DNA of 64,000 bases, from contig NC_087467.1 in NCBI RefSeq assembly GCF_036321535.1, forward strand, positions 13,702,001 to 13,766,000, read 5' to 3'. The position numbers and the translations under genes were made by a program. A model generated the notes under the pieces. The model saw nothing but the letters and a program-made list of their open reading frames with translations. It ran no database searches and was not told the DNA's origin. Below, one piece after another: positions 35,955 to 49,720 of this stretch. Each line of letters opens with the position of its first letter. The stretch's first letter is position 1. The DNA is from Camelus dromedarius. Taxonomy: Eukaryota.

Positions 35955-36395
35955 TGTGATGGCTCATTTTATGTGTCATCTTAACCAGACCGAGGACGTG
36001 CCCAGATGTTTGGTTCAACATTCTTTCTGGGTATGTCTTGTGTCCGTGCGGGTGTTTCTGGATGAGACTAACATTTGAATCGGTAGAATGAGTAAAGCTG
36101 GTTTGTCCTCTCAGTGTGGTGGGGGAGCTTCATGGAATCTTCTGAAGGCCTGAATAGAATAAAAAGCTGAGTACAAAAGAATTTTCTCTCTGCCTGACTG
36201 TCTTTGAGCTGGGACGCTGGTCTTCTCTTGCCTTTGGACTTGAACTTGGAGTCATGTCTACCATCAGTTCTCCTGGGTCTGGAATTCTTATTTTCTGTAA
36301 TCAAGTGAGCCAATTCCTTAAAATAAGTCTGCTTGTATGACTGACTGATTGACACACACTTGTCTTATTGGTTGTTGAGAATCCTGACTAATATG
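35955..36395 (+). mobile_element. MLT2 (ERVL) solo LTR
   Basis: tgtgatggctcattttatgtgtcatctt...gatgagactaacatttgaatcggtagaatgagtaaagc...gagaatcctgactaata. Confidence 0.88.
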
Positions 36396-38713
36396 GCATG
36401 CTCCTCTATTTTTTGAAAAGCACCTTCAATAGCTTCCTCCAGAAAAGCAGTACATCCTCTGATGCCTATAAACAAACCCAGCCCAACAGAGCAACCAGAG
36501 GAAGGATGCCTAGTCTAGGGGCTCCAGCCACTCTCCTCTCCAACAGACTTTTGCCATGTTGGATTGAGGGCACCATCAGAGCCAGGTTTTTCCATTTGTT
36601 AAGAGAAATTTTAAAAATACAGATATTCTTGTCAACGCTGGCAGCTACTTCAAAAACTTTCAAAAGCCCACGTGAGACAACCAGCCCCATCTGTGGGCCA
36701 GAAATGGTCCCCGGATGCCAGCATGCAGCCTCTGCTTTAGGGACATGTGAGGAAATCTTTCTGGATCGAAGGAAAGCACATGTTTAAGAAATACTTTCCT
36801 GTTTCAAAACTTGCAGCCGCTGCTACAACTGCTGCACAACATTAATTCATACATTGATTGTTTATCTCAGGCTTCTATTCAGAGCAACTTCCCCAAATGT
36901 TTACATTATCCCATGAGACCACTGAGAGAAGGAAAAAGAACAGGTATTAGAATCTCTATTTCTATTTTTTTTTAAAGGAGTTAAAGACTCTTCAGATGGT
37001 GGGCCCCACAGAAAGGTGCTAGAAAGAGTTGCACAATTCCATTTAAACTCCAGACCTTACACTGCCCCCCAAAATAGGAACTTCACGTTAATCATTTCCG
37101 ATGCATGGGGTTCCTTCTATTTCCACAACACAGTGATACTTGGTTAAAAACAGCACACGCGCTAGAGAGAAACAGACATAAATATTAATTTCAATAACAC
37201 CTCCATGGATAGTTTAAAACATTTTTCCTATACACTGTTTGATCTTTCTTTCACTTCGGCCATTATACATTTTTCTTTGAAACTTAGCGTTGCTCTTTAA
37301 TGATATCTTCACTCTTCTTCAGCCTCCAAAGAACTTCCTCTCCTGTTAAGTTGTGCCTCTGGCACCTGAAGGAGGAGCTGGGCAAGGTGTAAAGGAATGC
37401 CCAGATGGCTCTGAAGATGTTTATTATAGGGCCCTCCATTGTATTCAAATTAATGGCACCACATTAGCATGGGATGCCCTTTGGTGCTCATTTGTTCCTG
37501 CACTCCGGGGGTTAAAGGAGCCGCCTGCTCTCCAGATGTTCAGTAGCTGTTATAAATGAAAGATTAGAGATTTTTTGCTGCCGCTGCTATTTCCTCTATT
37601 CCCTTTTAAAGCTGATATTTTCTTTAGGAACTTGCTTAGTGTCTGAGTCAGAAGAATCTCCTCCCTGAGGTATATCAATCAGTAGCATGCACAAGAAGGA
37701 CACAACGTAGAGGAGGTAGACATGGTCTGTGTTAACTGGTTGATGCGACACTCTTCCAGTGACTGATGTATGCATCCCGTGCTTGCACCCCACCCTTCCA
37801 AGTGCCAATCAAATACATATGATATTTTTGTAGCTAAAAACTAAAACCAAAACCAAAACCGAAAAAAAAAATCTCTCTGAATTTTATGGCAAGAATATGA
37901 GAATATCTTTTGTTAGTGCTATGACAGCAATATCAACTTTACTTTCAAATCTGACCTACTTCCCTCGAAGCAAGATGTGTAAGTGTCTGAAGTATGACTG
38001 TATCCAACTCAAAGCTGCCACCAACGATGTCTTCCCGGGAGAGAAATAAGAAAAGTACCCAAAATGGATTCCAATAAATGAATGCCAGTTTAACATCCAC
38101 CATGCTTGTCTTTTGTACACAGAGACACTCCCAGGGTCCTGCTGTTCCAAGAGCTGTTCAAGCATTGAATAAGGAGAGTTTCCAATGAGACAAAAACGTC
38201 TGCCTCTGCTGGGGTTGATCAAGCTGTTCTCTTGCTACAACGCAGTCAGGATTTCTCTATCCTTAGCAGAATTACCACATCTCACATCTAATACATTTCC
38301 AACGCTCCTTTCACCAAGCAGGGAAAAAGAGATAGACCAACTTGAATAGAAAATGCCATTCATCTTGGTACCACCTTTTTGACAATGGAGATGAAAGTAA
38401 CAGAGAGGCTGAGGGGGAGCCACTGGCCCTCAGGGAGTGGCATCTCTGATGGAATCTTTATTGAAGCTTGAGCTCTTGCAACGCCTGGAATATTCAACAT
38501 GACTCTGGTCTGAGGTAGATAATATGGAAGAAGCGTGGAGATGACAGTGACATCTCACATTTTAATGTAAACACAGCCCAATCTCCAGGATGGGAACCTT
38601 AGTCACAGATACACTAAATAACATTTTTGAAAGACTAAAGATGAATATTTATAATGTACATGTAAGACTGACATCTTGAAAGATGCCAGCTCAGAAAGAA
38701 TTGCTCTGGCCAC

Positions 38714-39252
38714 TGTAGGAAAGGAAAATCTCTCTCCTACCCTTCTAGATTCAACAATGGGTGCCTGAGAATCAAATTGGTAAAAAGACAGATTAAAAAG
38801 AGTTGGGGGGAAGGTGTCATTAGGTACTTACATGCAGGAGTTTCACAAAGAAATGAGATTCAAGGAGGCAGCCGGATGACTGAGATTTATATACCATCCT
38901 AGACTAAACAAAGGAAAAGTCAGTGGGCCTCTAGGTGGTGGAGGTAGGTTATGATGGGCAAAGGAGCAAAGGAAATGTATGGTAAATAAGGGTTCTCTGT
39001 CTTGCAGGTAAGAGTCGCTCAGGTGATCAGAGCTGTCTCTGGGGAGTAGCTCTCTGAGATTACCTTTATAAATGGAAATTTCCTTTATAAATGAAAATGT
39101 CCTTTACAAAAGAGGAAATGTATACTTTATTTTCAGGCATTTAGGGAGCTTTTCCTGCATCTGCTGGTTCTCAGTTGTCTTTAGCTCAAAACAATCCTTA
39201 GGCCAGAGTGGCATATCCTGGGGTGGCTTTTTTGTGGTTCCCTTTACCCTCA
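38714..39252 (-). mobile_element. MER34-like ERV1 solo LTR
   Basis: The reverse complement begins tgagggtaaagggaacc...gccaccccaggatatgccactctggcctaaggattgttttgagctaaag. Internal ~19-bp cctttataaatg repeats. 4-bp TSD ccac/gcac. Confidence 0.78.
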
Positions 39253-41464
39253 GCACCACTAGTCGGGTCAGGATGTTGCCCACAGAGAGCCTTTTGAGGG
39301 GAAGGTCTGTACTTTCCTCTAAGACAAACTTACCACACTTTGACAGCCACTGAACGGGAAAGTTGTAGTGCAGAAGTAGACAGAAGGAAGACCAGAGAGA
39401 AAGTACTGAAGGGACGAGGTCCAGGGGAAAGTGTACTGAACCATGGAGAGAAGGGAGGAAATACCTGGAGTAGAGGGGAGCCTTAGCTTCTCAACTTCAA
39501 CTGTGAGGGTCCTCTAGGCAAGGCTCACTACAGGCGGCATCTCTCACCAGCCCTCTCTGGTATGGCTAGGACTGGAGCACGTGCCTGGCTGGGGGGCATT
39601 CCACTGATCTACCCAATGAAGTAGGTCATGGAGGTTAAGCTGGTGGAGAAGATTTAAAGGGAAGCCAAGGGGAAGTAATGTGATGGAAACTAGAGAAGAA
39701 AAAGGCAATGGTCAAGGATAGACAGGAAGGTCAAAAATAAGGTGACCCCTACAAAGATCTCAGAAAGAAAATTACCTTCAATAGTTCAACTGGAAAAACC
39801 ACCTATAATACATAAGAACAAGGGTAAGCAAATTCATCTTAAAGAAACAGAATTGCATCAAGCTTACACAAGTGATTAAATATATGAATACTGCTATGGA
39901 AAGAATGTATAAAGCAAAAGGAGATTGTTTGTCAAGAGAAATCTCAAAAGAGGAAAGTGAGCTTAGAATGGAATCCATTCATTTGCATGAGAACAGATCA
40001 GAACTCCAAGAAGTAAGAGACCCAAGTCCAAGTTTGCTTGCTCTCATAAGGAAAATGAATGAATCAGTCTTCACCTGTCAGACTTGAGGAATCTGGCGCC
40101 CCTTCAAGCCCTGGCACCTTTCACCCCAATAACCTGCCTTACACGAGCGCATGAACCCTGGGGTGTCCAGCAGTTGCCATGGAGATGATGCAAGCTTGTT
40201 CCCTGAACTGGGGTGTGGTGGACACTGGTCTCCTCCAGGTCTCTTCTTGCTCTCCAGGTGGAAAAGCTGTGCTTATGTCCTGCTTCTCTTCTCAGTTTTC
40301 ATCAGTGGTGAAGGTAGGAAATGATGGTCAGACTTCAATGGTATTGAATCCACACCCTTTCACTTAATGCTAGAGCATCTCACAGCAGCTGACAAGACCT
40401 AGTGTTCTCTCCATTTGACTGCCAAGCAGCTAACATCACTAGCATTTGACAGGCACATCTCTTCTCAAGCACTTCCAAACCACTACCACCACCCTACCAA
40501 TGGGAGTGGGAATTTAACCTGACACTTATCACTTGCTTCATAAGTAAACCGGTGTAAATAATCAGATGAGAATTGGTGGGTTTTTGTTTTTGTTTTTTGT
40601 TTTTGTTTTTTAATGTTGGTTCTAGAATTCTTCTGCCTCTCTGTTCTTCCCAGCAGGAAGTAGATGCAATTCCTGGTTTGCTTACAAGTTTTGTAACCAA
40701 AACCGTTTGAGCACAGAAGTGCCAGTGGATTGATTTCCTTCTCTGGTGCAAAAAAAAAAAAAAAAAAGTAATGGAAGGGGAAGGAAGGAAAGGGGTGATG
40801 AAATACCCAACTCAGCTGCAGAAGCACACTATCTAAAGACACTTTGCTCTGCCAGTGGTCCCGATCTCAAGAAGATCCTCCAGAACAGGATGAACTCATT
40901 TAGCTCAAGCTTCCAACACCTGGCATATACAGCTTCATCCACCTACCAGACTCTACACAGCCTCAGTCCCAGTGACGGTTCTATTCCAGGAAGAAGTTAC
41001 CACAGCTAAGTGACCTACTTATCTTCAGTCCTTCCACTGAGTTTCTGAGGCTCTGCCCACAGGACACCAAAAATGCACAGAAATGTGGGACATGGAGACT
41101 CTGTGGACATAGTTCAAATAACCAACAATACAGGTGGCTGACTTCATAAAGTCAATCCTAGTATGATGTACATTCCAGACAAATGGGTCCTCACAGGCCA
41201 TGACGATGAAACAGTTTGTAAAGATAGAATTAGAAGAAGCAGCAGAAATCCCTTCCACATTGAGTAGCAGCATGTCATTTGAGCCACCTTGCTTTTTTTA
41301 CACACCTCCGTTCTCCCCCAGCTCCTGTAGGTCCTTTTGGCAGAAACCAATAAGCACCTGATATTCCCTGGCATAGCAATTCAGCAATTAGCTCAGGACA
41401 GGTACAGAACCTAAGTGTATTCAACCAGAAAGATACCTGGGATGTATTTCCAAGATTTTTACTG

Positions 41465-41592
41465 GAAAGAGAGAGAAGAAGGAGGGGGGAGAGAGGAGGA
41501 GGGGATGAGGGGGAGGGGAGAGGGAGAAGAAGAAGGCAAGAAGAAGGGGGAGGGGATGGAGAAGAGGAGGGAGAGAGAGGAGGAGAAGAAAA
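41465..41592. repeat. Polypurine (GA/GGA-rich) tract
   Basis: About 125 bp almost entirely A/G on the + strand. Confidence 0.9.
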
Positions 41593-41619
41593 AACTTGAT
41601 TGTGTATGCATGCACACTT

Positions 41620-41930
41620 TGTTTCTTGTCCCCCCTATTCCATGCTCTTTCTCCATGGATCAGGAGGTATATAACCACTCCAATGACATTGGCAGCCATT
41701 TTGTGATCATGAGGGGAGCCAGCCTTAAGTTGAAGCTGATAATGTAGGGGGTAGAGCAGAAAGAAGGAAAGAAATGGGTTCTGGTTTATACTACTGGACC
41801 TCTGGAGACACATTGAAGATCCCCTACTTACAAACTGCAAATATAGGAGCCCAAAAATTTCATTTAATGTTTAGCCCAGTGGGAATTGGGGTTTCTGTCC
41901 CTTGGAATCAAAAACACCTCTACTGATGCT
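41620..41930 (+). mobile_element. MLT1J-like MaLR LTR fragment
   Basis: ggcagccattttgtgatcatgaggggagccagcc...tttagcccagtgggaattggggtttctgtcccttgg...actgat. Confidence 0.7.
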
Positions 41931-43539
41931 CAGGAGACAAGTTAGAACACTGTTTATCTGGACCTAATATGAGAGGGAAACAGTTCCATTCCTTCTGATA
42001 TGAGCTCGACCTTTGCAGAAGGAGAGAGGCAAGGAGGAGGGAATGGAAAATCATAGAGGCCACCCACCCACCAGTGACTTTCCAGCCCTCTCTCTCTTCA
42101 TTAAACTGGAGAAACAGCAGTGTGGTGAGGAGGAGGAAAAGCACAGAATGGAAGGGAGGGTAAGGGGAACGGTGCCAAGTGGATTGTGTGAGCACCGTCC
42201 CCAGGCTGCCTGGAGCTTTCCATATGGGCATAAACTGATTACATGAAGGGACTCCCTGGATTGCATCCACTCTTCCAGGCCATATACTTGAAAGTATAAA
42301 TATTAGTGTATAAAGTTGGGCTTAATGTGTCTTCACAAATAAATGTGATGTGTCATTAGCTTTGTTATTTGTATAATCAGAAATGTCAAGCATTTGTTTC
42401 CCAAAAGAGAGCTCTGTCCTGCGCATCACATGTACAAACTGGCCCATCTCAGCAGCTTCCCTGCCCAAGTGCAGAGGAACACTGAGGGGCGGTCAAAATC
42501 ATTGGGATTTCTGGCTCAGACTTCACATGACCAGGATTAACAAACCTCTATCCAAGCAAGGAAAAATTTGGTTTGCTTTATTTCTCTGCTTCTCATCACT
42601 ACAGTCAGAACTTCAAGCCAAGATGCCTTTCAAATACCTCCTAAAGACTTCAGCTTGTGTTGTTTCCCCAGTGATCACAAGTGCAGTAACTTCATACTCT
42701 GTCTCCAATAGATCCTATGACATTATTTTCCCTTTATGATTATAAACACCTAAGTGAATCTATCTTCAAACAAGTTGGTTTTCTTTTACAGCCAGGATGT
42801 GGGAAATCCATCTGTCACTTAGAAAAAGTAGAAACTTGAATGAAGCTTGTGAAATAGGGTGGCTGCCCAAAGGCAGAAAGAAATTTGTGAGATTGGAAGA
42901 CAAACATTTTCAAGACAAAGTCAGTAAACGCCATTTGTGTAGACTGAGTCATCCCCTAGATTGGGAGACACGAAGAAAGGAAGAAACAGAGAGAGGAGAC
43001 AAGAAGGAGGAGGAGGAAAAAAGAAACTTAAGAAATAGGCAGGAAGTTATCTCTGTCTTAGGGAGAGAGTGAGAAATTATCACTCCCCTCCCCCAACAAT
43101 TGGCTGATCAGCTAGGAAAGACATCCGAATAGCTTCAAGCCATCTTTTTCATGCTCTCAGTTAAGTCACCTAAGGACTAAAATTGCAAGATTTTTGCCCT
43201 GTGGGAGGAAACTTGGCCTTGCCCTTTTTTCTGCCACTCAACAAAAAGTATGTGAAACCGTTATTGACACAGGAATTAAGTTATCATGATTTTGGAGAAC
43301 TTTAAAATGGCCTAGGAGAATACGCAATGCTGAAAGTCTTACTTTCCACTAATCCTCTCCATTTTCTTCCTTTATTGGCATTTTCTTGGCTTCCTAACCC
43401 CTGTTCCTTGCCTCTTTGTTTCTTCTTTTCCTCTCCTAAGAGTCGTAGATCACCTCTGGGCAGCCCTCACATCTCACTCTGCTGTGGCAAACTGCCCACG
43501 CTGCGCTGCGGCAAGACGGGTCAATGAAGATGTGTGACA

Positions 43540-44108
43540 GGCACACACAGGCACTGCACACAGCACACGCACCGCATCACATACACACCCCCCACACCCC
43601 CCACACACATACATACACCACACACCGCACACGCAGACATACACACTACACCACATACACACACACCCCACATATACACCACACACCACACATATACATA
43701 CACCACACACTGCACATGCACACGTACATACATTATACCAAATACACACATCACACACATACTACACACATAACATATACATACACCCCACACAACATAA
43801 ATACATCACACACACACCAGCCACCCCACAGTACACCACATACACATGAAAACAGACACAACACACATACCACTCACACTACACACACATACACACCACC
43901 ATACACACACACCAGACACCACACACACCTCACACACACTACATACACATAAAAATACACACCACACATATACTCCCACCATATACACATACCTCACCAC
44001 TACATACACACACTTCACATACCACACACACACCTCACACACAACACACACACACTCCCCACAAACCCCAGTGACCCAGCCCTACCATACACACACACAC
44101 AAACACAC
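43540..44108. repeat. Long degenerate CA-rich simple repeat (~570 bp)
   Basis: Source of ORFs 43474-44184 (His/Thr or Cys/Val low complexity). Confidence 0.92.
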
Positions 44109-46845
44109 TTCTCACTTCCTCCTGCCCTCAACCCAAACCTGCTGCCCTGGACAACTGCAGAGACCTTTGGCTGGCTCTCGGTGAAGTGGGGGCGGGGAGC
44201 CCTCCTATCAAACTGCCTTCAGCCCAGGGCACAGACCTGGGGGGCAGCAGTATCAACCCAGCAGCTCCTCATGCGGTTCTAACTGTGTCCCAGCATGTCC
44301 GTGGGTGGTCACCCTGCCTTATCCCACGGATTCATCCCTGCACCCCATGAAGGGGTGCGTCTTACTAACCCCTTCCTGCTGTTGAGAAAAGTGTGAGTCC
44401 TGGCAGTTAAGGAATTTGCCAAGGTCACAGAGCCGGCAAGTGCAAGAAACCCAGGTCTGTGTGCTCCGGAGCTTAAACCGTTACCTTCCAAGCTCCCTTT
44501 GCCTTACCCCCTGAGCAGTGGTAGTGGGGGCCCCTAAGAAAGGGCCATGGTCAAGTGTGTCTCAAGGCAGCAGCCTCTTTCAATAGAAACCATGTGGCGC
44601 TGGGCATCCCTATGGAGAATGAGTTTGTGAGCTCACACCCACACCAGGGCCCTGAAGCCTCACACTCGCTGCTTCCATCACACCCAACGCCAGGTGTGCG
44701 GGGGTCCCACCTCCATCCAACACTGCGGAGGGCCCCAGGAATGTCAGAATAACTGAAGACCAGAGTTGTTTTCTTCCCCAGCCCTCTTCCCCCTTAAGTA
44801 AGGTCAAAATAAATTTATTTCATCCACAACTAAAAACAAAAACAAGAAGAAGGAGAAGCAGCAGCAGCAGCTAAATGTTAAGCAGTTTAGGCATTTCTGA
44901 GTAACAGAGTATTCTGCATTAGTCCTCCGGGATGCCTTAAAAAGAGGCAAAGTGCTTCTCTTTCTTGCCACTATGTTCTCACACTGTGCTCATGGTTATT
45001 ATTATGGTTCACTCAACACTCAAATGGTAACATTTAAATTGATCAAGCATGAAAATAGACACAAGCTCCGTCCCAAGAATCTCCCCCACCTCAATCAGAG
45101 ACAGTGGCCAAGAGGGAGGCGCGGGAAAGCCGGCTGTGGGAAGCCTGCCTTCCCTCTTCTGTGTCTCATCTCAAGATGGGGCCATCTAGGGCTCCCCTTT
45201 CAGTGCAGACAAAATGGTCTTCCTTCTCTATAAAGGAGCCACTTAGATCAACCAGACCGGCCACAGGATGTCACTGTTACTCCACACACAGGATAGCAAG
45301 CCAGCCTTTGCGCCAGGGGTTGGAGCTGGAGGGGGCCCGGCTCCCCTTCACCCCACCTCTCACAGAGCTGCCATCCCTCGGGTTCACGCCACAAGCCAGC
45401 AGCACGCTCCCTGTACAAGCCACAAGCCTGCCCCATTGTCTCCATGCTCGTATTGTTCTCTGTCACAGGATGAAGGGAAGAAAAAGGGACGTTTTTCAGA
45501 AGAAAAGTACCACCGCTGTCTCTCGCATCACGGGTTCTCCAAGAGTTGGACTTTGAACATTTCCAACCTTGGATAACAGCAATGGCCTTTTCATATATTT
45601 TACAGTGTTTTATAAGGATAAGAACATCTTTTGCTTATCTTCACTTTCTCGAATTTCTGAAAAGGTTATGGAATATTTAAGCATTTTTACACTATCTTAA
45701 CTCTTCGTAGGGCTGCAGCTTTGTAGTCTACCTAAATGAACCTGCCTCTACCCACCACCGGCTTCTCCAACGTCTCCTGGACACACGGGCAAGTCTAGCA
45801 CCAGAGAAGAACGTGTGCTCGGAAGCTGGCAAGCTGCCTGACACCGCGTCACTGCTGGCACAGCAAAACTCTGACAAGGAGACGTCAGGAGCCACGGCGG
45901 GAGCAGGAGAATGTCCTTCTATTCATGGTGCCAGCTCTTCTTCCTTCCCTGTCATGGACCCTCCACGGGATGGTTTGCTTTCCTCGCCTCTTCCAAGTCC
46001 AGTGCCCCCTGCCATGTCCTCCTGTTAACTTCACCATACATTCCACAGAGCAGCTGGCATAAAAAGGTTAAAAATAAAACCTTAGACTAGCATAGCCAGT
46101 GGGAAGGCATGCTTTAGGTAGTCAGGGAGATAGTTAATAACACAACATAAAAGGTAATCACAGAATAAAGGTGCTTTGAGTCATAAAGAAGAAGAAAGAT
46201 TTTTTGCCTTACAAAGTGACTGCTTCATAACTTGGCCTGGAAATAGCTTTCATATCAAGTAAAGTCTGGACAGTTGAAACCCCTCTGCCATGTCATCCCA
46301 CTTTAGCCAGACCACCGCAGCAGAATGAATTAAAACAACCAAAGCAGATGGCTTCTCGTGAGCAAGTACTTAAGAAAGGAAACTTGATTCTTTTCCAGCA
46401 TTTGCCAGGATCTGTGCAGTAGCTGGGAGCTAGAGCTACAGGGATACAGCTGATGGAGACTTTGTTCATTCCCACACTGCATGAAGTATATCAATCTCAG
46501 CGTAGGAGAGCCATTACTCAGACTTGAACTGGCTTGGACAGTGTGAGGAGTGGACTGGCATGAGATACAGGAGAAAATCTGGAGGCTAAAGGGAAGCAAA
46601 GCACAAAGAGAAGTCAGACAAGGACAACCACCTTAGCGAACCATGCCTTAGGATTTTAACAACTCCCTTTTGGTAATGGTTTAGAATTAAAGCCAGAATA
46701 AGGTCAATCTAACAATGCAGCGTGTTGCTCAATTATACAGCCACCATTTTTCGAGCACCTGCTTTGTGTCAAGTGCAAAAGCAATGACGAACAAGGCAGC
46801 ATGAGAATGAGGGAGACGGATAAACATGCAGCCATAAATACAGCA

Positions 46846-47545
46846 TGACAGGGGTTGGCGGTAATAAAAGAACTGGGCTGGCCTTTATCCCCAGATTCCG
46901 GGAGAGAACCTGTAAACCCGTGGGATTTCCCAGGGTAGGAATGTCTTTGTTATTCCTGCTGACTCTCCCCAACCACACCTGAAAGTTAGTGCTGACAGAT
47001 GGCTCAGGATGGGGGATGCCCAGTCCAGGAAGCCCGACCATGTGATTGGAGGGATGGGGCTTGATCCACGTGATGCCAGCCTGACCCCTGGGGAAGGGAA
47101 GGGAAGGGAACAGGGCTGGAGATTGAGTTCAACCCCAAGCCAGTGACCAATCAGTCATGCCTGGGTAATGAAGCTTCAGTTGAAACTGGGACACTGAAGC
47201 TTGGGTGAACTTCTCCAGCTGGCAGTACTCTGCGTATTGTTACCTGTGGATGTGCCAGGAAGAGAACACATCCCTAAGGACAGCGGAAGCTTGGTGTTTG
47301 GAACACTTCCAGACTTCTCCCTGTGTGTCTCTTCTTTTGACTGGTTAAGTATAGTGCTGTCAGTGAAGTCTGTGAGTCTTTCCAGTGGGTTTTCAAAGTC
47401 TATGGGGACCCCCAAGTTTGTGCCCAGCTGGCTAAAGTGAAGGTGTCCCTGGGGCACTTGGAGCTGGTGTCAAAAGTCTTGGGCAGTCTTGACAGTCTGG
47501 AGAACTGCACTCAATCTGCAAAGCTTGGCTAACTCAGCATAAGCT
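46846..47545 (+). mobile_element. MER21-like ERVL LTR
   Basis: ctttatccccagattcc...accacacctgaaagtt...gaccatgtgattggaggg...gggctggagattgagttca...caatcagtcatgcctgggtaatgaa...ggggacccccaagtttg. Confidence 0.78.
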
Positions 47546-48639
47546 GTAGTAAAGGAAATTTAGGATGCTGTAGTCCCACAGAAGGGGCTCATGTGATCCA
47601 GACCGGATGCGGGGAAAATACCAGGGAATTCTTTCTAGAAAAATAACCTCTGGCACTTGAAGGATGGTTAAGCATTTGAGCTCGAGGTAACTTTTTAGAA
47701 AAATAGAGTCAACTGCATAAAGGTTGTTTAGCTCTCAGCAAATCATCGTCATTGCTTAAAGTCCCAGGTTACAGAAATGCTTCTGATTTTGCTTAGAAGT
47801 TTCCCTGACCTCAGTGTACCCAGCAAACAACTGCAGCAGAATTTCAGGTTCTCAAGTTGCACAGAGTGGTGGGCAGCCACACCCTCCAATGGCACCACAA
47901 GGACCAGGGTTTTGTTACGATGAGCTGTTGGTTATATGCACAGATCAAGGTGAAGACTTGGGGGTCATCCAGTCATACTGTGCACTCACTATTCCTTTCA
48001 TGAAAGGAAGATTTTATTAACCTCCCTTTGCAGAGAGAATTTACTTGGCACTGAGTATTTAAATGGAACAGAAAGTTCTTAATAGAGGAGGACAGGTCAT
48101 CAAAATATTATTTAACAATGATTGTCCTCAATTACCTTTTCCCAAAGCCTCTTATTTTCGATGTGCTTCTTGAGTAAATGCATATAATTTCTCCCTTCTA
48201 TCCCTGCCAATCAAAATACTGGTGAAAAAAAACTAAGGTGAAAATGACTAATGAAACCTAAATTACTTACCCCAAATGATATGCTGCAGTTCAGCATTTT
48301 CTCACCACTCTGTATTGAAATGATCCACTTATATGTAAATTTCTCACCTTAGTCTTACTCGACACAAGAACATGGACCATATTTGTACCCTCAGCTCCCA
48401 ACACTGTGACATGGCAATTACACAATAAAAAAGTGATTGATCAAATGAGGTTAAATAATAAGTCTAAGCAGAAAAATAAACCTCTAATAATATAATTTCT
48501 GGTATCAGAACATAGCTGTTTTGAGTGAATTCCTATCACCGCAAGCACACCATGCCCTGTTTTTCAAATAATTTGTTGTCTGCTCGACATCCACAAGGCC
48601 CATCTGAGGAGAGGTTCTTGCATCCTTCTCCTCGTCATC

Positions 48640-49720
48640 TCATTCATTCATTCAACAAGTATTTAATAAGCACCCAGCTCTAACTGCTGGGGATAAAGCT
48701 GGGAAGAAAATCAACGCAATCCTGTCCAAATGGAGCTTACACTCTCATGGAGGAGACAGTATAAATACAGAGCACATAAGAATATATTAAATAGTGATAA
48801 GGGCTAAGGACATGAAGCAGAGTCGGCGGTGGGGATGCGTTGGTGGTGAGGGTGCAATTTTAGAATAGCCAGAGGGGCTCTCAAAAGTGTGCAAAGACCT
48901 GCCAGAGGTGGGGAGCAAGCCACACGGACTCAGAGGAAGAGAGCACCCAGAGCACAGAGTAAGTGCACAGATTCCAAGGTGAGAGCCTGCCTCACATGTT
49001 CAAGGAAAGGCAAAGGCACCGACATGGCAGAAGCAGAATGAGAAGGCAATGAAAGCAGAGAAGGAATGGTGGCATCTTAGAGGACTGTGTCTGACTGACC
49101 TATATGGTCACTGGAAGGTTTTGGGCAGAACGACATGAACTGATGCATTTTAACAAGATCACATGAGCTTCTGGGCTGAGGATAGATGGGAAGGGGCAAA
49201 AAAAAAAAAAAAGGCAGGGAGACCCACTAAGAGCTACTGCATAATTCCAGGCAAGCGAGGGAGGCAGCTGGGAGCAAGGTGGTACAGTGAAAGTGGTGGG
49301 GAATGGTCAAAACCTGGAGAGAATCTGAAGGCAGGGGACACAAATGGCCACAGATCAGACATGCGATGCAAGAGAAGGAGGAGTCAAAGATGAATCCAAG
49401 GTTTGGTCCAAGATGGACCAAACTGGAAAGACGCCACTTACTGAGCTGGGGAAGGCTGAGAAAAGAACAGATCTAGGAGGAGAGAATCTGGAGCTCAGTT
49501 TGGGAAATGCTAAGTTTGGGATACCTGTTGGGCAACCAAGTGTTTCCTTCTGATTCGGAGGCAATGAGATATAAATATACATACGTATACATCATAGGTA
49601 GATGAGAGAGAGAGAGAGATGCATCTGCAACTTGGAGGAGGGGTCCAAGCTAGGGACACATATTTTGGAATTATCAGTACATCAGAAGGGATGAGTTTAC
49701 CAAGGAAAAGAGATGAAGAA
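48640..49720 (-). mobile_element. L2 3' region
   Basis: cattcattcattcaacaagtatttaataagcacc...ggagcttacactc...ggtcactggaaggttttgggcagaa...actgagctggggaaggctgag...gctaagtttgggatacct. Confidence 0.88.

Noticed and set aside
36398-36787. 129-aa ORF and antisense 74-aa ORF
   Set aside because: No recognisable domain, no convincing flanking splice sites, and a length within the random expectation.
39060-39115. Three ~19-bp direct repeats (cctttataaatg...)
   Set aside because: Internal repeats of the MER34-like LTR with no unique spacers; not a CRISPR or novel array.
43474-44184. Overlapping His/Thr- and Cys/Val-rich ORFs
   Set aside because: Same simple-repeat artefact; not metal-binding proteins.
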